Shown here piece after piece: positions 28,664 to 44,254 of a stretch of DNA of 64,000 nucleotides (position 1 is its first letter; the number at the start of each line of letters is the position of its first letter). Source of the DNA: the human T2T-CHM13v2.0 reference genome, Homo sapiens; assembly GCF_009914755.1 (NCBI RefSeq), contig NC_060929.1. One strand, written 5' to 3'. Below the pieces are notes generated by a model. That model searched no databases, was not told the DNA's origin, and saw only the letters and a program-made list of their open reading frames with translations. Made by a program: the position numbers and the translations under genes.

Positions 28664-29318
28664 TGTCGTGAATACTTATAATTTTGTGTTGCCTCAGTAT
28701 CCATTTTTAAATATGTTTGACTTTCTCATGCCAGAAGTAAGGCTCAGTCACGGTTGACAGTTTTTATACTATACCCCACACAAATGGCTGCAACCAGTGG
28801 TCAGAGATACAGTTTGGAGTCGTCTCTTCCACCTTGCAGACTGGGCTCCCCACTTTCCCAACACTGCCTTTAAACAGGCCATTGAGATACTTGTCTGCCA
28901 ACTTAAAGGGACAACCTCTCAGTCACAGCATGGTCTCCTAGAACTAGTACCTGCTAGTTTTTAATCTACCACTTAAAGCTTTCCTAGGGAAACCTGTTTG
29001 TATTACACCCTTCACCCAACAAAAACCTTGCCCCAGTGGATCCCTACTTTCTCTCTGTGTTTGTGCTCCTTGACGTCCGTGTGTGTGGGGGTTGGGTGGG
29101 GAGGCATCCTTGCATTCTATGTAGCCTTCAGGGTCTGTAAGTACTAAAAATTCTTTAACTTTTACGTTGTGGTTGTGTCATTGAAGCAGTGCACACAATC
29201 AGATCTCTGATGGTGAGGCCACCCCAAAGGGACCCACACATGTGGACCCCCTGTTGGTGCCCTTCTGTTTGGGCTTCTCGGCCACTGGTGACAGTAATTA
29301 CCAGTTAAGATGGTAGAA
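28664..29318 (+). mobile_element. MER67C-like ERV1 solo LTR (right end approximate)
   Basis: tgtcgtgaatacttataattttgtgttgcctcagtatccatttt...ctttctcatgccagaag...gcagactgggctcccc. Confidence 0.75.
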
Positions 29319-29904
29319 TTTTATTTAAAACATTGTTGGAGGATGTTTACACTGAGTAAGTCTTTAGATTCTTCAGATAGTCTTTTACATATTGGTACTA
29401 CACATGCTTGCCATTTTGTCTTAACTTTAAAAAAGTTCCCTTACTCAAGTTTGGGGAATTCTGCTCAACACATATCTATGTCACCCTTTGTTCCTAGAAC
29501 TTTTGGATGTAACTCAGTAATAATAAGCAACTTGCCTATTTCTGGGTGTTCAGCATAACTGTCCTTGGTTTGACTGTTCTCCTGAATTTATATTGTTAAT
29601 ACTAAAATATAACAATAAAATCTATCTGGAGTTGGGAGAGTATCAATCTTTATACATTTAATGAAAAGGAAAATATTTTGGATTATCACTCTCTGCATTC
29701 ATTTGTGTAAACAGAGGAAAGAACATATGACTAAAGTAGAATAAACTTGCCTGGAGGTGAAGTGAGTAAACATGTCTGCTGATTAGCTGGAAATCCATTT
29801 CAGCATTTGAAATAAACCAAACGTTGAAAGCCAATTGTCTATGTGTTTCTTGAGTTTCTGAAAGTCTTGTGAACAGAGATAATAATTGGCTTTATTCTAG
29901 ATTG

Positions 29905-30115
29905 TCCTTTCCAGAATACTTCTATAGCGAAAAGTTTTGGAAGACAGTGACAGAGGGCAGACGTGCTTACTATGTTTCCCTTCAAGCAAAGAGTAGGCAG
30001 GCTTATGGCCTATTATAAAAGACCCAGGATCCCTAAGCTAGGAATTTCTCTTCTTCAATCAGCCTACAGGGTGTGCGGTGTCATCTAGGTCTCCTCATAT
30101 TTCCCTGTGGCAAAT
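29905..30115 (+). mobile_element. MER31-like LTR fragment
   Basis: ggcaggcttatggcctattataaaagacccaggatccctaagct...ccctgtgg. Confidence 0.6.
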
Positions 30116-30931
30116 GAAAAATGTAAGCTTTAAATCATTTAATATAAAAAATTAAAGAACCTAGAAATTCAGAAAGGGAAATATAGCTGTGGAATTCAGT
30201 TTATGAAAATTCAATGCATTCATACTCTATGATCCCAAAGAAAGGCCTGGAAACAACTGCAAGAATTTTCAGGAAGGCAATTTTCAGGTAAAGTTTTCAG
30301 GCATTTTGAGTTGACTGACACTGAATTGACTACTTCCTCAAGGAAATGTGTCCCTAGCCCTTCCAGCAGAGGCTTCATGACCATATGAAGAGACGGAATC
30401 TGTGCCTCTGGCATCGGCTAAATGAGCTCCGAGCAGCCTCCTTACATAATTTTTAAGTTCTGTGGCTGGAGGGCAAGGCTGTTGGGAATTTGGGAGATAT
30501 GAGGCTCATACTGAGACAGGCTTCTCTGCACATTCCATATGAAAGCAAGTGCAGTCACTGAAAATGCTGTAAGGATTTGCAGTTGCCAGCATGCCAGCAT
30601 TGTGTGTTTTCCTATCATATCTCCTTTCATGAATCATCAGTAATCATATTTGTTTCCTTTTCTTCTGGATAAATCATAAGAAATGTATTTATATTGAGAA
30701 GAAGATAATTCTTTAATAAAATGTCTTATATGCCCTTTATCTGGGGTTTACTTTTGAGGATTAAGCCAGTACAAAGTTTGGTGATGGTTACACAACTTTA
30801 CACAATTATCTAAATTCGGAAATATACCCCATAAAAGTAAATTTTTCTGTTTGTTAGTAAAAACAACAACAAAGAAAGCTCAGTTCTAAAATTACTTTCA
30901 TTTTTAATCATGTTGATTTAAAGACATTGTT

Positions 30932-31239
<308 letters not shown>

Positions 31240-31559
31240 TTATTTTTACTTCCTGGAAATTCAACATTTTAACAGAGTGCCTTTCCAAGCCTGCTTTAGA
31301 AGGATCTTGACTTACACAGGATATTTTATTCATTTTGAGAGAAGACTACATCATATTCATCTTGGACTGAAAAGAATTTCAATTTTTAATTTTCAAGTAG
31401 TCATGAAATTAGCTTTATAAGGAAAGAAGTCACTTATTAAGTTGAAATATCATCCCGGGAGTTTGTAGAACTGCATTGTGTTTATTTGATCCTAGAATAA
31501 CACCTGGTATTAGTCTTTACTTCCTAGAATCACTGTTAACTATGAAGACATTGGCATTG

Positions 31560-31790
31560 TTAAGTCTTGGTATTTACTTGATGCTTTGCAAAATGTCTCA
31601 CATATATTGTTATCCTTCAACTCTCCAACAATTTTGAAGTTTCAATACTGCATATCATTTTTATATTTTTATAGAGGAATAAAATCAATCTATTCTATGA
31701 TGGTCATTTAACTAATCAATGGGCAGGACTCAGATTTGAACCTAGATCTGTGTGTCTCAGGGATTCATCTTCTCAACAATGTGCTGCTTG
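31560..31790 (-). mobile_element. MIR relic
   Basis: gatgctttgca...ttttatagaggaataa...cagatttgaacctagatctgtgtgtctc. Confidence 0.6.
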
Positions 31791-33515
31791 TCACACAAGT
31801 CTCAGCTACCCTGAGCTCTGTTTAAATTGATCCTGATGCACATTTCAATGCCATATAAATTCCATAACATTCTTAGAAAGCAATAAGAACTCACTCCTCT
31901 GCTAAACACAGTATTTACAAATAGGGTTTGGGAATGCTACTTTCTATCACTCAAATCAAATTTTACATCCACCATTGTGCTGTCCATTTGAAGTAAAGAA
32001 AGCAAAGCACTACTATAGACTGTGAACATCTCACAGATGTGTTCCTGAGAGCCTGTCTCTCTGTGATTGTCCTAGAGGGAGATGGACCGTGAGGACTTTG
32101 GCAGGTTCTGCGGCTGGGGATCAGTAGGATTTTGAGGAGGAGGAAGGCAATGAAAAGTTTAAGTTCTTATCCCCCTAAGTTTAAATGGCATCATCCAGAC
32201 AGTGGCCGTTCCTTATTTCTCCTGGGGGACAACAGGTAGATTGGAAGCAGCAGGGGGTGACACATTAGCATGTCACGGAGTTGAGCTAGAGTTTTGCTTC
32301 TGCACATTATACTGAACTGAAAGTCATTCTCCTTCTAGGCATATTATATTATTTTGGACAGATTTGAGTAAATTGCTACTAGAAGAGGTTGTTGTAAATT
32401 AGGTTGTGAGTTTCAAGACTTTTTCTGGTCTATAAACAAAGTTCTGTTAGTAACTCAATGTGGGCTCTGTGGCTGTGAACCCCCAGATGACAATACTGTA
32501 CAACAATGGAAAATGAAATTATTGATCTTGAGAACTGAATCTCTGTTATTATTAAATCTGTTCCATGCTATTGTTTTATGGAGGTAACAAAAGCTCTTTT
32601 TCTGTATTACCTATAAATCTTTTCCCCACAACCATATTATATTTTCCTATAAAATAACTACTATTGTTGCTAGTGATTGGGAAATATTAAATATAAGTAG
32701 AGCTTCCCTATTACCCATTACTACCATTTTTTCTTATAATAATCTGGTTTGTGAAGCAGTAGAAAGAAAATATGTTCACTTAAGAAAAATATAATAATGT
32801 CACTTAAATCCGTTCAGTTTGTTAATGTGAATGTAAGATGGGAGGAAAGGAAAGCCTGTGACAGTGGCTTTAAGGTAAATTTCTTCTTCCTCAAAGTGAG
32901 GTTCTCATATGTTGCGGACATTGCTCGCAAACCTTCTGGATAACAGACATCACTCCAGAGAATGTGTTGCATTTGCTTGTGTGTGAGAGGTTCTCCTTTT
33001 GTTTAATTTGGAAATGCAGCGTGCTGCAGTGACTCCACACGGAACATTAAAATCAGGGGGCTGTGAAGCGTGAGTTCCTCTCTCCAATTTATCATTGGTT
33101 TCCACTTCAATCACTCTATGACACAGAGCATTTGTTCAAGAGCTGATGGGCCCCAAGTTGTCCTTCCCATCTTCCCCAGTGTCCCCTGGAGAGACCCAGT
33201 CTGCCCACAGACCTCCCCAAAGGATGCCCTGTGCTTTTCCATTTCAGCAGATGATGCCTGAGCTACCATTAGCTTGAAAACTTAGAAAGAGAGAGAAAAA
33301 AGACAAAGGAATATTGCCACAAACCACAACTGCCTGGTGAGTCTCCTAGGACTCATAATTTCACAACTTCTGTTGAGAGAACTAATAGGGCGTTAATTAG
33401 TCATTGTTGTGACTGCTACTGAAGTGAATGATTTTTTTTTATGGAACTGATATGTGATCTAGGCTAATTTGCAGAAGTTGAGTAAACAGATTTTTCATGC
33501 CAGCATGAAAAATAA

Positions 33516-35000
<1,485 letters not shown>

Positions 35001-35430
35001 ATTCAAATAATCAAAATAATCAGTCTGCAAACTGCCATTCCTGCCACTCCTGAAAGAATACCTTAAAGGATTCTGCTAAAATTCTACTTTATTCTTGTTT
35101 TTAAAAGCAACTATAGGAACTCAGCCTGGATGCGGACAGCACCTAGGACAAACTGTGCCTAATGGCACTCGGCTGACAGGGCCAGCAGGCTGGGCATCTG
35201 CATGGAAGAAATGAGGACCCACGAACCTGCTGCACTCCCCAGTTCTGGGGCTTCTCCAGAAGGAACAGGCCAGGCACAGGCTGAATCCTTTCAGAGGGGT
35301 AATACCCTCACACTTCCACCTGCAGAGAATCACACAGGCTGCAAAGGCGCTAGTCACCCAGGATAGAGCTCCTCAAACAGAAGGTAACAGAGGCATCCAT
35401 GCATTCGTTGCAGATGAATCTGTACAATTA

Positions 35431-35432
<2 letters not shown>

Positions 35433-35467
<35 letters not shown>

Positions 35468-35740
35468 GAGTCTTGCTTTGTCACCCAGGCTGGAGTGCAG
35501 CAGAGTGATGATCTCAGCTCACTGCAATCTCTGCCTCCCGGTTCAAGAGATTCTTCTGCCTCAGCTTCCCGGTAGCTGGGACTACAGGCACGCACCATAC
35601 CTGGCTAATTTTTGTATTTTTAGTAGAGACGGGGTTTTACCCTGTTGGTCAGGCTCATCTCAAACTCCTGACCTTAAGTGATCCACCCCACCTTGGCCTC
35701 CCAAAGTGCTGGGATTACAGGCATGAGCCACCCCTACGAG
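35433..35740 (-). mobile_element. AluS element with a pure T tract of about 31 nt
   Basis: Dimeric Alu; T run at 35433-35463. Confidence 0.93.
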
Positions 35741-36128
35741 TCCACAATGACTATTTAAAAAGGCAATTGCATAACAGTCAGACATGGCTCCCAGGCTCAT
35801 ATGACAAAAGATAAGGCTCCACCGTGGATTCTCCTATAGATCACAGAAGGGCTAAGATGCAACATCGGAACTGACAGTGCCATGGTGTTTGCACCCACCT
35901 CCTGATGAAAGTCAGGGGCCTGCCTTCCACAGAGAGGAACGCTGGAATTTTGTGCTGCAGTTATGATAGCTGTACCTGAGAGGTGAGGAGAAGTGGCAAG
36001 CCTCAGGCAAGTCATGACCTGGAGTAACCAGAAGATGGGTTCGCCCCACAAGTTTCCCTGTGCTCAGAAGTGAAAGACACTCTGAATGTGATTCCTCATT
36101 TGATCGTCAGTGCAGTCCTAAAAAATGA

Positions 36129-36556
<428 letters not shown>

Positions 36557-37119
36557 CAGAGTTTAATTTCTGCCACCACCTTGTATCTTCCCCTGGAAAA
36601 ACTTGGTAAAGGTCATGTCTCCCTGGGGTCTTTACCCAGTGGTCCAGAAGTGGATTTTCTCTGCCTGTAGAACCTCAATCATTTCACTCATGTTCAACAC
36701 ACAAGACAGTGAAATTACCAGGAAAAAAGAAAGAACATCAATGTCCACAGAGGGACAAAACCTACTACATTAAAGCACTCAGTTAATCAGTCCCAGGCTA
36801 AAGAACCGCAGAAAGCCATGTCTTGCCAGTTAGGGGCCAGGCCTTTAATTCGGGGGCTATGAGCTACTTGACTACTCGTCCTGGGTTATTAATCAAGAAG
36901 AAAACACAAGGTATCTCACCATACCTGTGTGTTAGAGCTATCATAGATTATTGTGATTAAATCCCTTATAATCACTTAAGACCTAACATCCATGTATTAG
37001 AATACTATATAGAGGATTCTTCAAGGAAAAGTGATAGAGGAAAGTACTCAAGGCCAGCTCCATGACAAAGCAGCAAGGAATAGCAGGACCAAGAGTTACA
37101 CTCACTTCTCCAACCAAAA

Positions 37120-37830
37120 CATGCAGTGGCAAGGGAAATGCTTCAGCTGGGGCACTCCGGCAAGACCCATCTGAGAGTGGGACATTTGAGTTGCAATATG
37201 ATTGATGAGGGAAGGCAGAACTGTGCATATATGGAGGAAGAGAAGTTCATTGGAAGGAATGGCAAGAACAAGAACATTTAGGCAGGATGGAGCTGGGCAT
37301 GATTTAAGACAGAAAGGAAACCCACAGCTGGCAGGTCACAACAGGTAGTGGGATGCTTTCAAACAATCAGGTAGACAGGTGAGGTTGCATGGCTCCTTTA
37401 AGACTATGCAAATGCAAAGAGTGCTGGCTTCTGTAGAAGCTGTAATGTGAAATTAATTGAACTGACAGTGACTTGTCAGTTTTGATTTACATTTTAGGAA
37501 GGTAATGTTGCTTCTCAGATTGACAATGTTGGGTGGAAGCAGGAATGGAGGGCAAGGTATCCTAGGAAGCTGTAGAAATGGTCCAGATGCCGCAGGAGAC
37601 TCGTTTGGACCATGTAATTAGCATCTGACATGAGAGAAGCAGATAGATGATTGACATATTTGGAATGCAAAGCTGACTAGATGTGTTGCTGGAGTAGGTA
37701 TGAGGTGTGCAGGGGAGAGAGCAATCAGGCTCATCAGGGTGTCCAGCCAGAGCAACTACAGTTTTTGTTTTCCTGGAGAACAAGTTGGGAGAGGCTTTGG
37801 CGGAAACAGATCTGTGGGTGTGCAGGGTCA
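37120..37830 (-). mobile_element. L2 relic
   Basis: Purine-rich antisense L2 motifs: gacatttgagttg; gatttacattttaggaagg; ggaagctgtagaaatggtccag. Confidence 0.65.
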
Positions 37831-37899
37831 GACATGGGATAGGAAAAGAAACCTATGGTACTTCACTTAAGCAAGAATGAGATCTAGCCTTGATCTCAT

Positions 37900-38632
37900 T
37901 TTTCCTCACCCCCTGCCTCCCCATTTCATTCATGAGGGGGTATAGTTGACACTACTTCCAACACATATCCTCGATCCTTCCATATTCCCCCGTACCTATA
38001 GCCACCTCTCTTGTAACCATCATCCTGACTTGCCTCCTCCTTCCCTCCTTTATTCCATATTCCATTTTTTATGCAACAATCTTTTAAAAATGCAAATCTG
38101 ACCCTATCACTTTTCTGCTTAAAATCTTCCAAGGGTTACCTCTCAGATTTAGGTAAATGTAAAAGCCTGGCTCATCAAAGGTCTGTGTGTCCAGGCCTGT
38201 CACCTCTCTATCCCCTGGCCACACCAATCCCTCTGCCCCACAGCAATCTGGCAAGAGAGCTTTCTTCCTATTCCTATTTCCAAACTCCAGCCCATTCTTA
38301 GGACATTGGGAATAACTTACCTCTGCTTAACTTCTACATAGTGAGCCCCTTCCTGTCACTCAAATCTCAATTCAAACGTCACCCCTTCAGAGAAATTTCT
38401 CTGCCCATGTAATCTACAGTGGCCACCCAGCCCCACCTCATCACATAACTTTATTGAAATTATCATTATTGCTCTCATTACTGGGATTATACCTGTTAAT
38501 GTGTTAGTTTGTTATCTTACACGTTTTCTTTCCCCCCAAATTAGATCAAGGTACATGAAAAAGGACCCGGACAATGGCCCCTGGACAGTGCCTGGCACCT
38601 AGAAACACAAGCATTATCTGAAGGAATTAATT
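37900..38632 (+). mobile_element. L2 3' portion
   Basis: cttttaaaaatgcaaatctgacc...ctgcttaaaatcttccaa...acagtgcctggcacctag. Confidence 0.75.
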
Positions 38633-40169
38633 GTTATTTCCTTAACACCTCGTAACTGTACTTGGCATAAAGCGGAAGCTCAGTGAAGGTTTCGGAAGTG
38701 TGGATTTTGAAAATAATAAATGTATACAGGAAGAAAGAACCCAAATGACACTCAAAAGTCATTCAAGCATCTCATATCTCTTCGTTTTACCACTTGAGTG
38801 GACACTAACTAGTAATTTTCCTAATCTTTAAATCAAAATACTGCTGTGACAACTGTCTGCTAAGTACTCTGATATACCTAATATTTTTTGTTTGTTTTGG
38901 ACTAAGAAGCATTATCTCAGTATTTTCAAACCCAACTTCTCATGCACTGCTAAATACAGTCACTAAGTGTTCTATACCCCTGGAATCAAGATCATCTGTC
39001 CTTGCTGTCTTAAGTTTTGCCTCTGGTGGAGGTGAGTGCACCTGCCACCATCATCAAAAGCTTAGACTGCCCCTTTTCTACTGGCTGTAAGAGAGGAGGG
39101 AGCATTTTCTTCTCTCTGGGGGCACATTTCACTCTCAAACGTGGGTTCTAGTTTGAAAGACAGCAACATATTTGCAGATGGGCTGCAATATTATTTGTTT
39201 CAGAATAAATAAGGAAATCAAGTAGCTAACATTCCTTTACTTCCCCAAAGAAAGAAAAATGTTAATTCAGTCTGAATAATAAACAGAATCAGGTCTTGCT
39301 AAATCAGCCATTTATCAAATTGACTCTGTTGCACTTATGCCCAATTGATCCACATACAATTATCGTGACTGGCATACGTTGCTAAAGTTTGGGGGCTGAT
39401 GGAGGAGAGAGGGAACAGATAGTACTGCACACATCATTACCCAGCTGGGGCCTATGAGCCAAGGGTGCAATGAGGTGGCCAGCAGCCTCAGGATAAACAT
39501 GGCTTATTGTACTGGAGCACTGACATTTTCAAAACTTTGGAGAGAACGAATTCTAGACAATTAAATGTAAACTTATCAAGAACTATCCTTTTTATATAAA
39601 ACAATGTCAAGGATTTTAAGAACTAGAATGAACTTTTACATGAATTTATGAGCTAAAAGATAAAATTGTAAAGGGAAATCCCTTAGGCAAAAAGGCTTCT
39701 TAAGTTATATAATCAGTCCCTGCACTGTCCCCACTGCCATTAGGGATTTCAGCAGAAATATTTAAGAAGTTCAACCACAAACAAGGCTGCCTTACTATTT
39801 CCAGCACACCAAGCCCTAACACACACATCCACCTCCCAGCTGTACTTTCTTTCCTTTCTTACAAAACCCCAACTGGTTCATTCATGACCCACTCAGGGAT
39901 ACTCCCTTAAGGAAATTTTCCCAGAATTAACCCAAATAAGGTTAACCCAAGTAACCCACTCCCCAATACAATGCATGAGCATCTGAGACTCACTCATTCC
40001 ACCAGCTTTCAATTTCTGCTTCCCTACCAGGGTGCAAGATTCTCCACTCTGGAGCTGACTTTCATCTCTGCACTCATAATTCCTGCTACCTTCTGGGCTC
40101 AATAACTATCTGAAGAATCCATGAACTTACTTTTAATCTTGGATGGTTGTGCTGAAATTGATGAGAGAA

Positions 40170-40330
40170 TAGTGGCCAAGAAAGTCACATGGGCAAGAAG
40201 AGATGAAAGCAGAGGGTTAGGAGTGAAGGGGGGAGTGACAAGACATGAGGCTGGAGAAATAAGCAAAGGCCAGACCAAAGTAAAGAAGATGAATTTAGAA
40301 TGAGTGCAATGAGAAGCCTTCAGAATTTGC
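40170..40330 (-). mobile_element. L2 fragment
   Basis: gacatgaggctggagaaataagcaaaggccagacc...tgagtgcaatgagaagcc. Confidence 0.55.
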
Positions 40331-40687
40331 ATAGAGGCACTCATAAATTTGCAAGTTATTGCAATTTCCTAGGGTGGCTGAAGGGTATTTTGCAAAGTAC
40401 ACTTAAATCTTAAATTTGTATCATCTAAAATACCCTAAACTAACAAGCTGCTCATAGCATGCTAATAATTCTTTACATAGGCAAACAAATGGATACAGAA
40501 TGCTAGAACTGGGAATAGTTTTCTTATTAAAAGTGTTTATTGAGTTAATTACATTTTCATTAAATTTAAATAAAATTTGGCACTATTTAGATAATTTGAC
40601 ATAGAAATTTGTGTTCAATAATTAGGTTTATATTGCTTTCTAATTTTATATATATTTTAATATGTGAGAAAAAATGACAATTTTAAC

Positions 40688-41008
40688 TTATTTATTTATT
40701 TTTTTATTTTTATAATTTTTTTTTTGAGACGGAGTCTCACTCTGTCTCTGAGGCTGGAGGAGTAGTGGTGAGATCTTGGCTCACTGCAACCTACCCAACC
40801 CGGGTTCAAGCGATTCTCCTGCCTCAGCCTCCTTAGCAGCTGGGAATATAGGGGCACACCACCATGCCCGGCTAATTTTTGTATTTTTAGTAGAGACAGG
40901 GTTTCACCATGTTGGCCAGGCTGGTCTCAAACTCCTGACCGCAAGTGATCTGCTCACCTCAGCCTTCCAAAGTGGTGGGATTACAGACATGAGCCACGGT
41001 GCCTGGCC
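40688..41008 (-). mobile_element. AluS element
   Basis: Dimeric Alu with a T-rich tail. Confidence 0.95.
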
Positions 41009-41194
41009 AAATTTTTTATTTTTGTTACATTAACTTTAGATGTTTGTGGAAAATATACACCATTTGTGTACTTCAAACAATTACATTTTATTTTCAGTCT
41101 TTTAAATTATTAATATGAATTTGTGTCAACTGTGACTTCATATATTGATGTGAACATTTTAACTATAAAACAGAATGAATGATGTTGTCTTAAT

Positions 41195-41284
41195 ATTACT
41201 ATTCATCCAACCATTTCCAATCTATTAATAGAATAATCTCATTATTATTCACCCAACCATTTCCAATCAATTAATAGAATAATC
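41195..41284. repeat. Tandem duplication, 46-bp period, 2 copies
   Basis: attactattcatccaaccatttccaatctattaatagaataatc versus attattattcacccaaccatttccaatcaattaatagaataatc. Confidence 0.92.
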
Positions 41285-41394
41285 AGGCATGGTCAATAAT
41301 AATTTAATTGTAATAGTTTTAATATTAAATATCAGTTTAATACTATTTTGGTAGTTTTAATATTTTGCTGAGTTTCTCTTATATAAAAATATAG

Positions 41395-41722
41395 AGTCTT
41401 AATCCATTCTGGCTTCTATAACAAAATATCATAAACTGGGTAACTTATAAACAATGGTATTTCCTAGTGTTCTGAGATTGGGAAGTCCAGGATTAAGAGA
41501 TGGCCAATTCAGTGTCAGCACAGATGATGCCTTAACTGTGTCCTCACATAGTAGAAGAGAGCGAGGTCTCTGGGGTCTTTTTATAAGGACACTAATCACA
41601 TCATGACAGCTCTGCTCTCAACTTAATCACCTTCCAAAGGCCTCATCTTTTAATATTAACACTTGGGAGTTGGGATTTTAATATATGAGTTTTGGGAGGA
41701 TGCAAATATTCACACCACAGCA
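41395..41722 (-). mobile_element. MLT1A-type solo LTR
   Basis: gtcttaatccattctggcttctataacaaaatatcataaactggg...attcacaccacagca. Confidence 0.85.
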
Positions 41723-42259
41723 AGTAAATTTGTATGTGTATTTCAATATTGTCATTTTAACAACATATTTAGAAAGGTAGAATGATAGAGCATATTTTAT
41801 TGAGTAAATTGTTAGCTTTGTTCATAAGTATTACCTATAACATGGTTTTTGAGGATCCATTTGTACCTTTGTCATGTACCATTGTTTTGCAATGTTAGGG
41901 GTAGACCCATTGGTCTTAGCAGTGGAATACAATCAATACCCTTACCAAAACTTCACTCGCTCATTGCCTTTTCACTTTAGTTTTCATCCTATATCTTGAC
42001 AGTGAATAACATAATCAGACATGTCTACCTGAGCTGCCCAAGATAGGAGGTGGGCTGAGGATGGGGAATTTAGAATCACATAGATTGGAGTGACCACAAA
42101 TCTGTCCACCTTCATTGACTGGTGCCTCAATGCTTCACCCCAACATACTGTGTTTCCCATGAGGCTGTTTTCCTCACATTCTACAACGATTATTTCAACT
42201 GATTGCTCTTCTCCAAAGTGAATGCTCACAAGATGAATGAATTCGTTGGTAGGAGCAAG

Positions 42260-42430
42260 CATCACCATCGTATCTTCACTATTTACTTGGCTTGGTCAAA
42301 TTCCAGAATTTCTAAGAGCTTAAATTTCTTCATTCCTAAAACGGAGATTTTACCATATACCCTACAGTGTTGTCCTAAGGATTGGAGATAATGACTAGAA
42401 AGTGCCATTCATACATGAATGTTAATTATA
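42260..42430 (+). mobile_element. MIR relic
   Basis: ttcttcattcctaaaacggagatt...tgttgtcctaaggattggagataat. Confidence 0.5.
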
Positions 42431-42494
42431 ATAAGTATCAATAAGTATTTCTTCTTTTTACGTTTTCCTTTTCTGTTGATATTTGTTTATTTAC

Positions 42495-42911
42495 TTTTTC
42501 TTCTTTTTTAAATTATACTTTAAGTTCTGGGATACACGTGCAGTATGTGCAGGTTTGTTACATAGGTATACACGTGCCATGGTTGTTTGCTGCACCTATC
42601 AACCCATCATCTACATTAGGTATTTCTCCTAATGCTATCCCTCCTCTAGCTCTCCACTCCTCGACAGGCCCCGGTAGGTGATGTTCCCCTCCCTGTCTCC
42701 ATGTGTTCTCATTGTTCACTCCCACTTATGAGTGAGAACATGAGGTGTTTGGTTTTCTGTTCCTGTGTTAGTTTGGTGGGAATGACGGTTTCCAGCTTCA
42801 TCCATGTCCTTGCAAAGGACGTGAACTCATCCTTTTTATGGCTGCATAGTACTTCATAGTGTATATGTGCCATATTTTCATTATCTAGCCTACAATTGAT
42901 GGGCATTTGGG
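42495..42911 (-). mobile_element. L1PA7-like 3' end fragment
   Basis: ttatactttaagttctgggatacacgtgcag...gatgggcatttggg. Confidence 0.92.
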
Positions 42912-43509
42912 AATAAGTAGTTCTAAAGTCCTCTCCTCCACCAACTATGGAAGATAACCTTACATCTTCCCAACATAGAAAATAGAAGCCATAAAGCAAG
43001 ACCTTGCTCAACTTCTGACACAATCAGGTACTAATTACTCATTTTTTATCTCTTCCCTTCCATCACAGATTGTGCCTGTGCCTATATAACATAACTTCCC
43101 TGCCCACATTATTTTCAATGACTACACTTCCTCATCCAATCTCAGCTCTATTGTATCTTTACCTTCCACAGTCCATTGGGTCCTACTTATCAGCGTTTAA
43201 ACCAATTTATACAACATAAACCCAACCATTTTCCCCAAAGGAAAACCTCTATTAGCCCTTCTGGCTCAAACCATACCATCTCCTATATTATCAAATTCTT
43301 TGTGTAGTTTTTATGGTGGTCATTTTTAATAAGATGTGTTCTATAGAAGGGAACAAGAGGAGTTATACCTTTGATTCTCCTACAGTTCCTGATTTCATCA
43401 ATCCAAGGTCATACTTATTGGCATAGTCTCAGGTCGGTATTTCTTCTCCATGCAGGTAATGCAAATTCAGACTCCACATCTCTGTGCGGCAGGGACTGAA
43501 TTTATAGGT

Positions 43510-43625
43510 TTCATTTCATTCAATAAGTATTTGCTGAACTCCTATGATGTGTGTAGTGCTCCAAGTGCTAAGTACCCCAGTTAACCAGAGTAAAAACTTC
43601 TATCCTCAGGAAGCTTACATTTTCA
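43510..43625 (-). mobile_element. L2 3' terminus
   Basis: ttcattcaataagtatttgctgaactcctatg...cctcaggaagcttacatt. Confidence 0.7.
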
Positions 43626-43890
43626 GACGGAAGTGAGTCTTCATCCTGAGGCACAGGAAGATAGAAAGCTCTTAGTCCATTTTGGCATGGTGGTGGTTTT
43701 CTTGCTGCTTAAACTGGCAGCATTTAAAGGACCTTGGCTCTAAGGCAGTGAGTCAGATCTATATACCCTCTTGGTTAGATAGAAGGCCACAAAACCTGCC
43801 CTCCACTGAGATTTAGAATCCTAGCACTCGTGTGCCTGTGTCCTATACGTGGTGGGCTGCTGGAAATTCAGTTTGAACTCCCCAGTAATT

Positions 43891-44254
43891 TGCTATAGAC
43901 TAAATGTTTGGTTCTCTGTAAAATTCATTTATTGAAACCCTGATCCCCCAATGTTATGGTATTAGAAGGTGGGGCTTTGGTAAGTTATTACATCATGAAA
44001 TTGGATCTCTCTTGAATGAAATTAATGCCCTTATAAAAGAAACCCTGGAGAGCTTTCTTGTCCCTTCTGCCATGTGAGGACACAGAGAGATGGGACCATT
44101 TATGAACCAGGAAGCAGACCAACACCAGACACATAACCAGCCAATATCTTGATCTTGGACTTCCCAACCTCCAGAACTGTGAGAAGTCAATTTGTTGTTT
44201 ATAAGACACTCAGTCTGTGGTATTCTGTTACAGCAGCCCTAATGAACTAGGGCA
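43891..44254 (+). mobile_element. MLT1A0 solo LTR
   Basis: tgctatagactaaatgttt...cttgatcttggacttcccaacctccagaactgtgaga...actagggca. Confidence 0.88.

Noticed and set aside
41195-41284. CRISPR-like repeat-spacer array (also considered for 46107-46156 and 56950-57830)
   Set aside because: These are contiguous or degenerate tandem repeats without unique spacers, there are no cas genes, and the context is mammalian.
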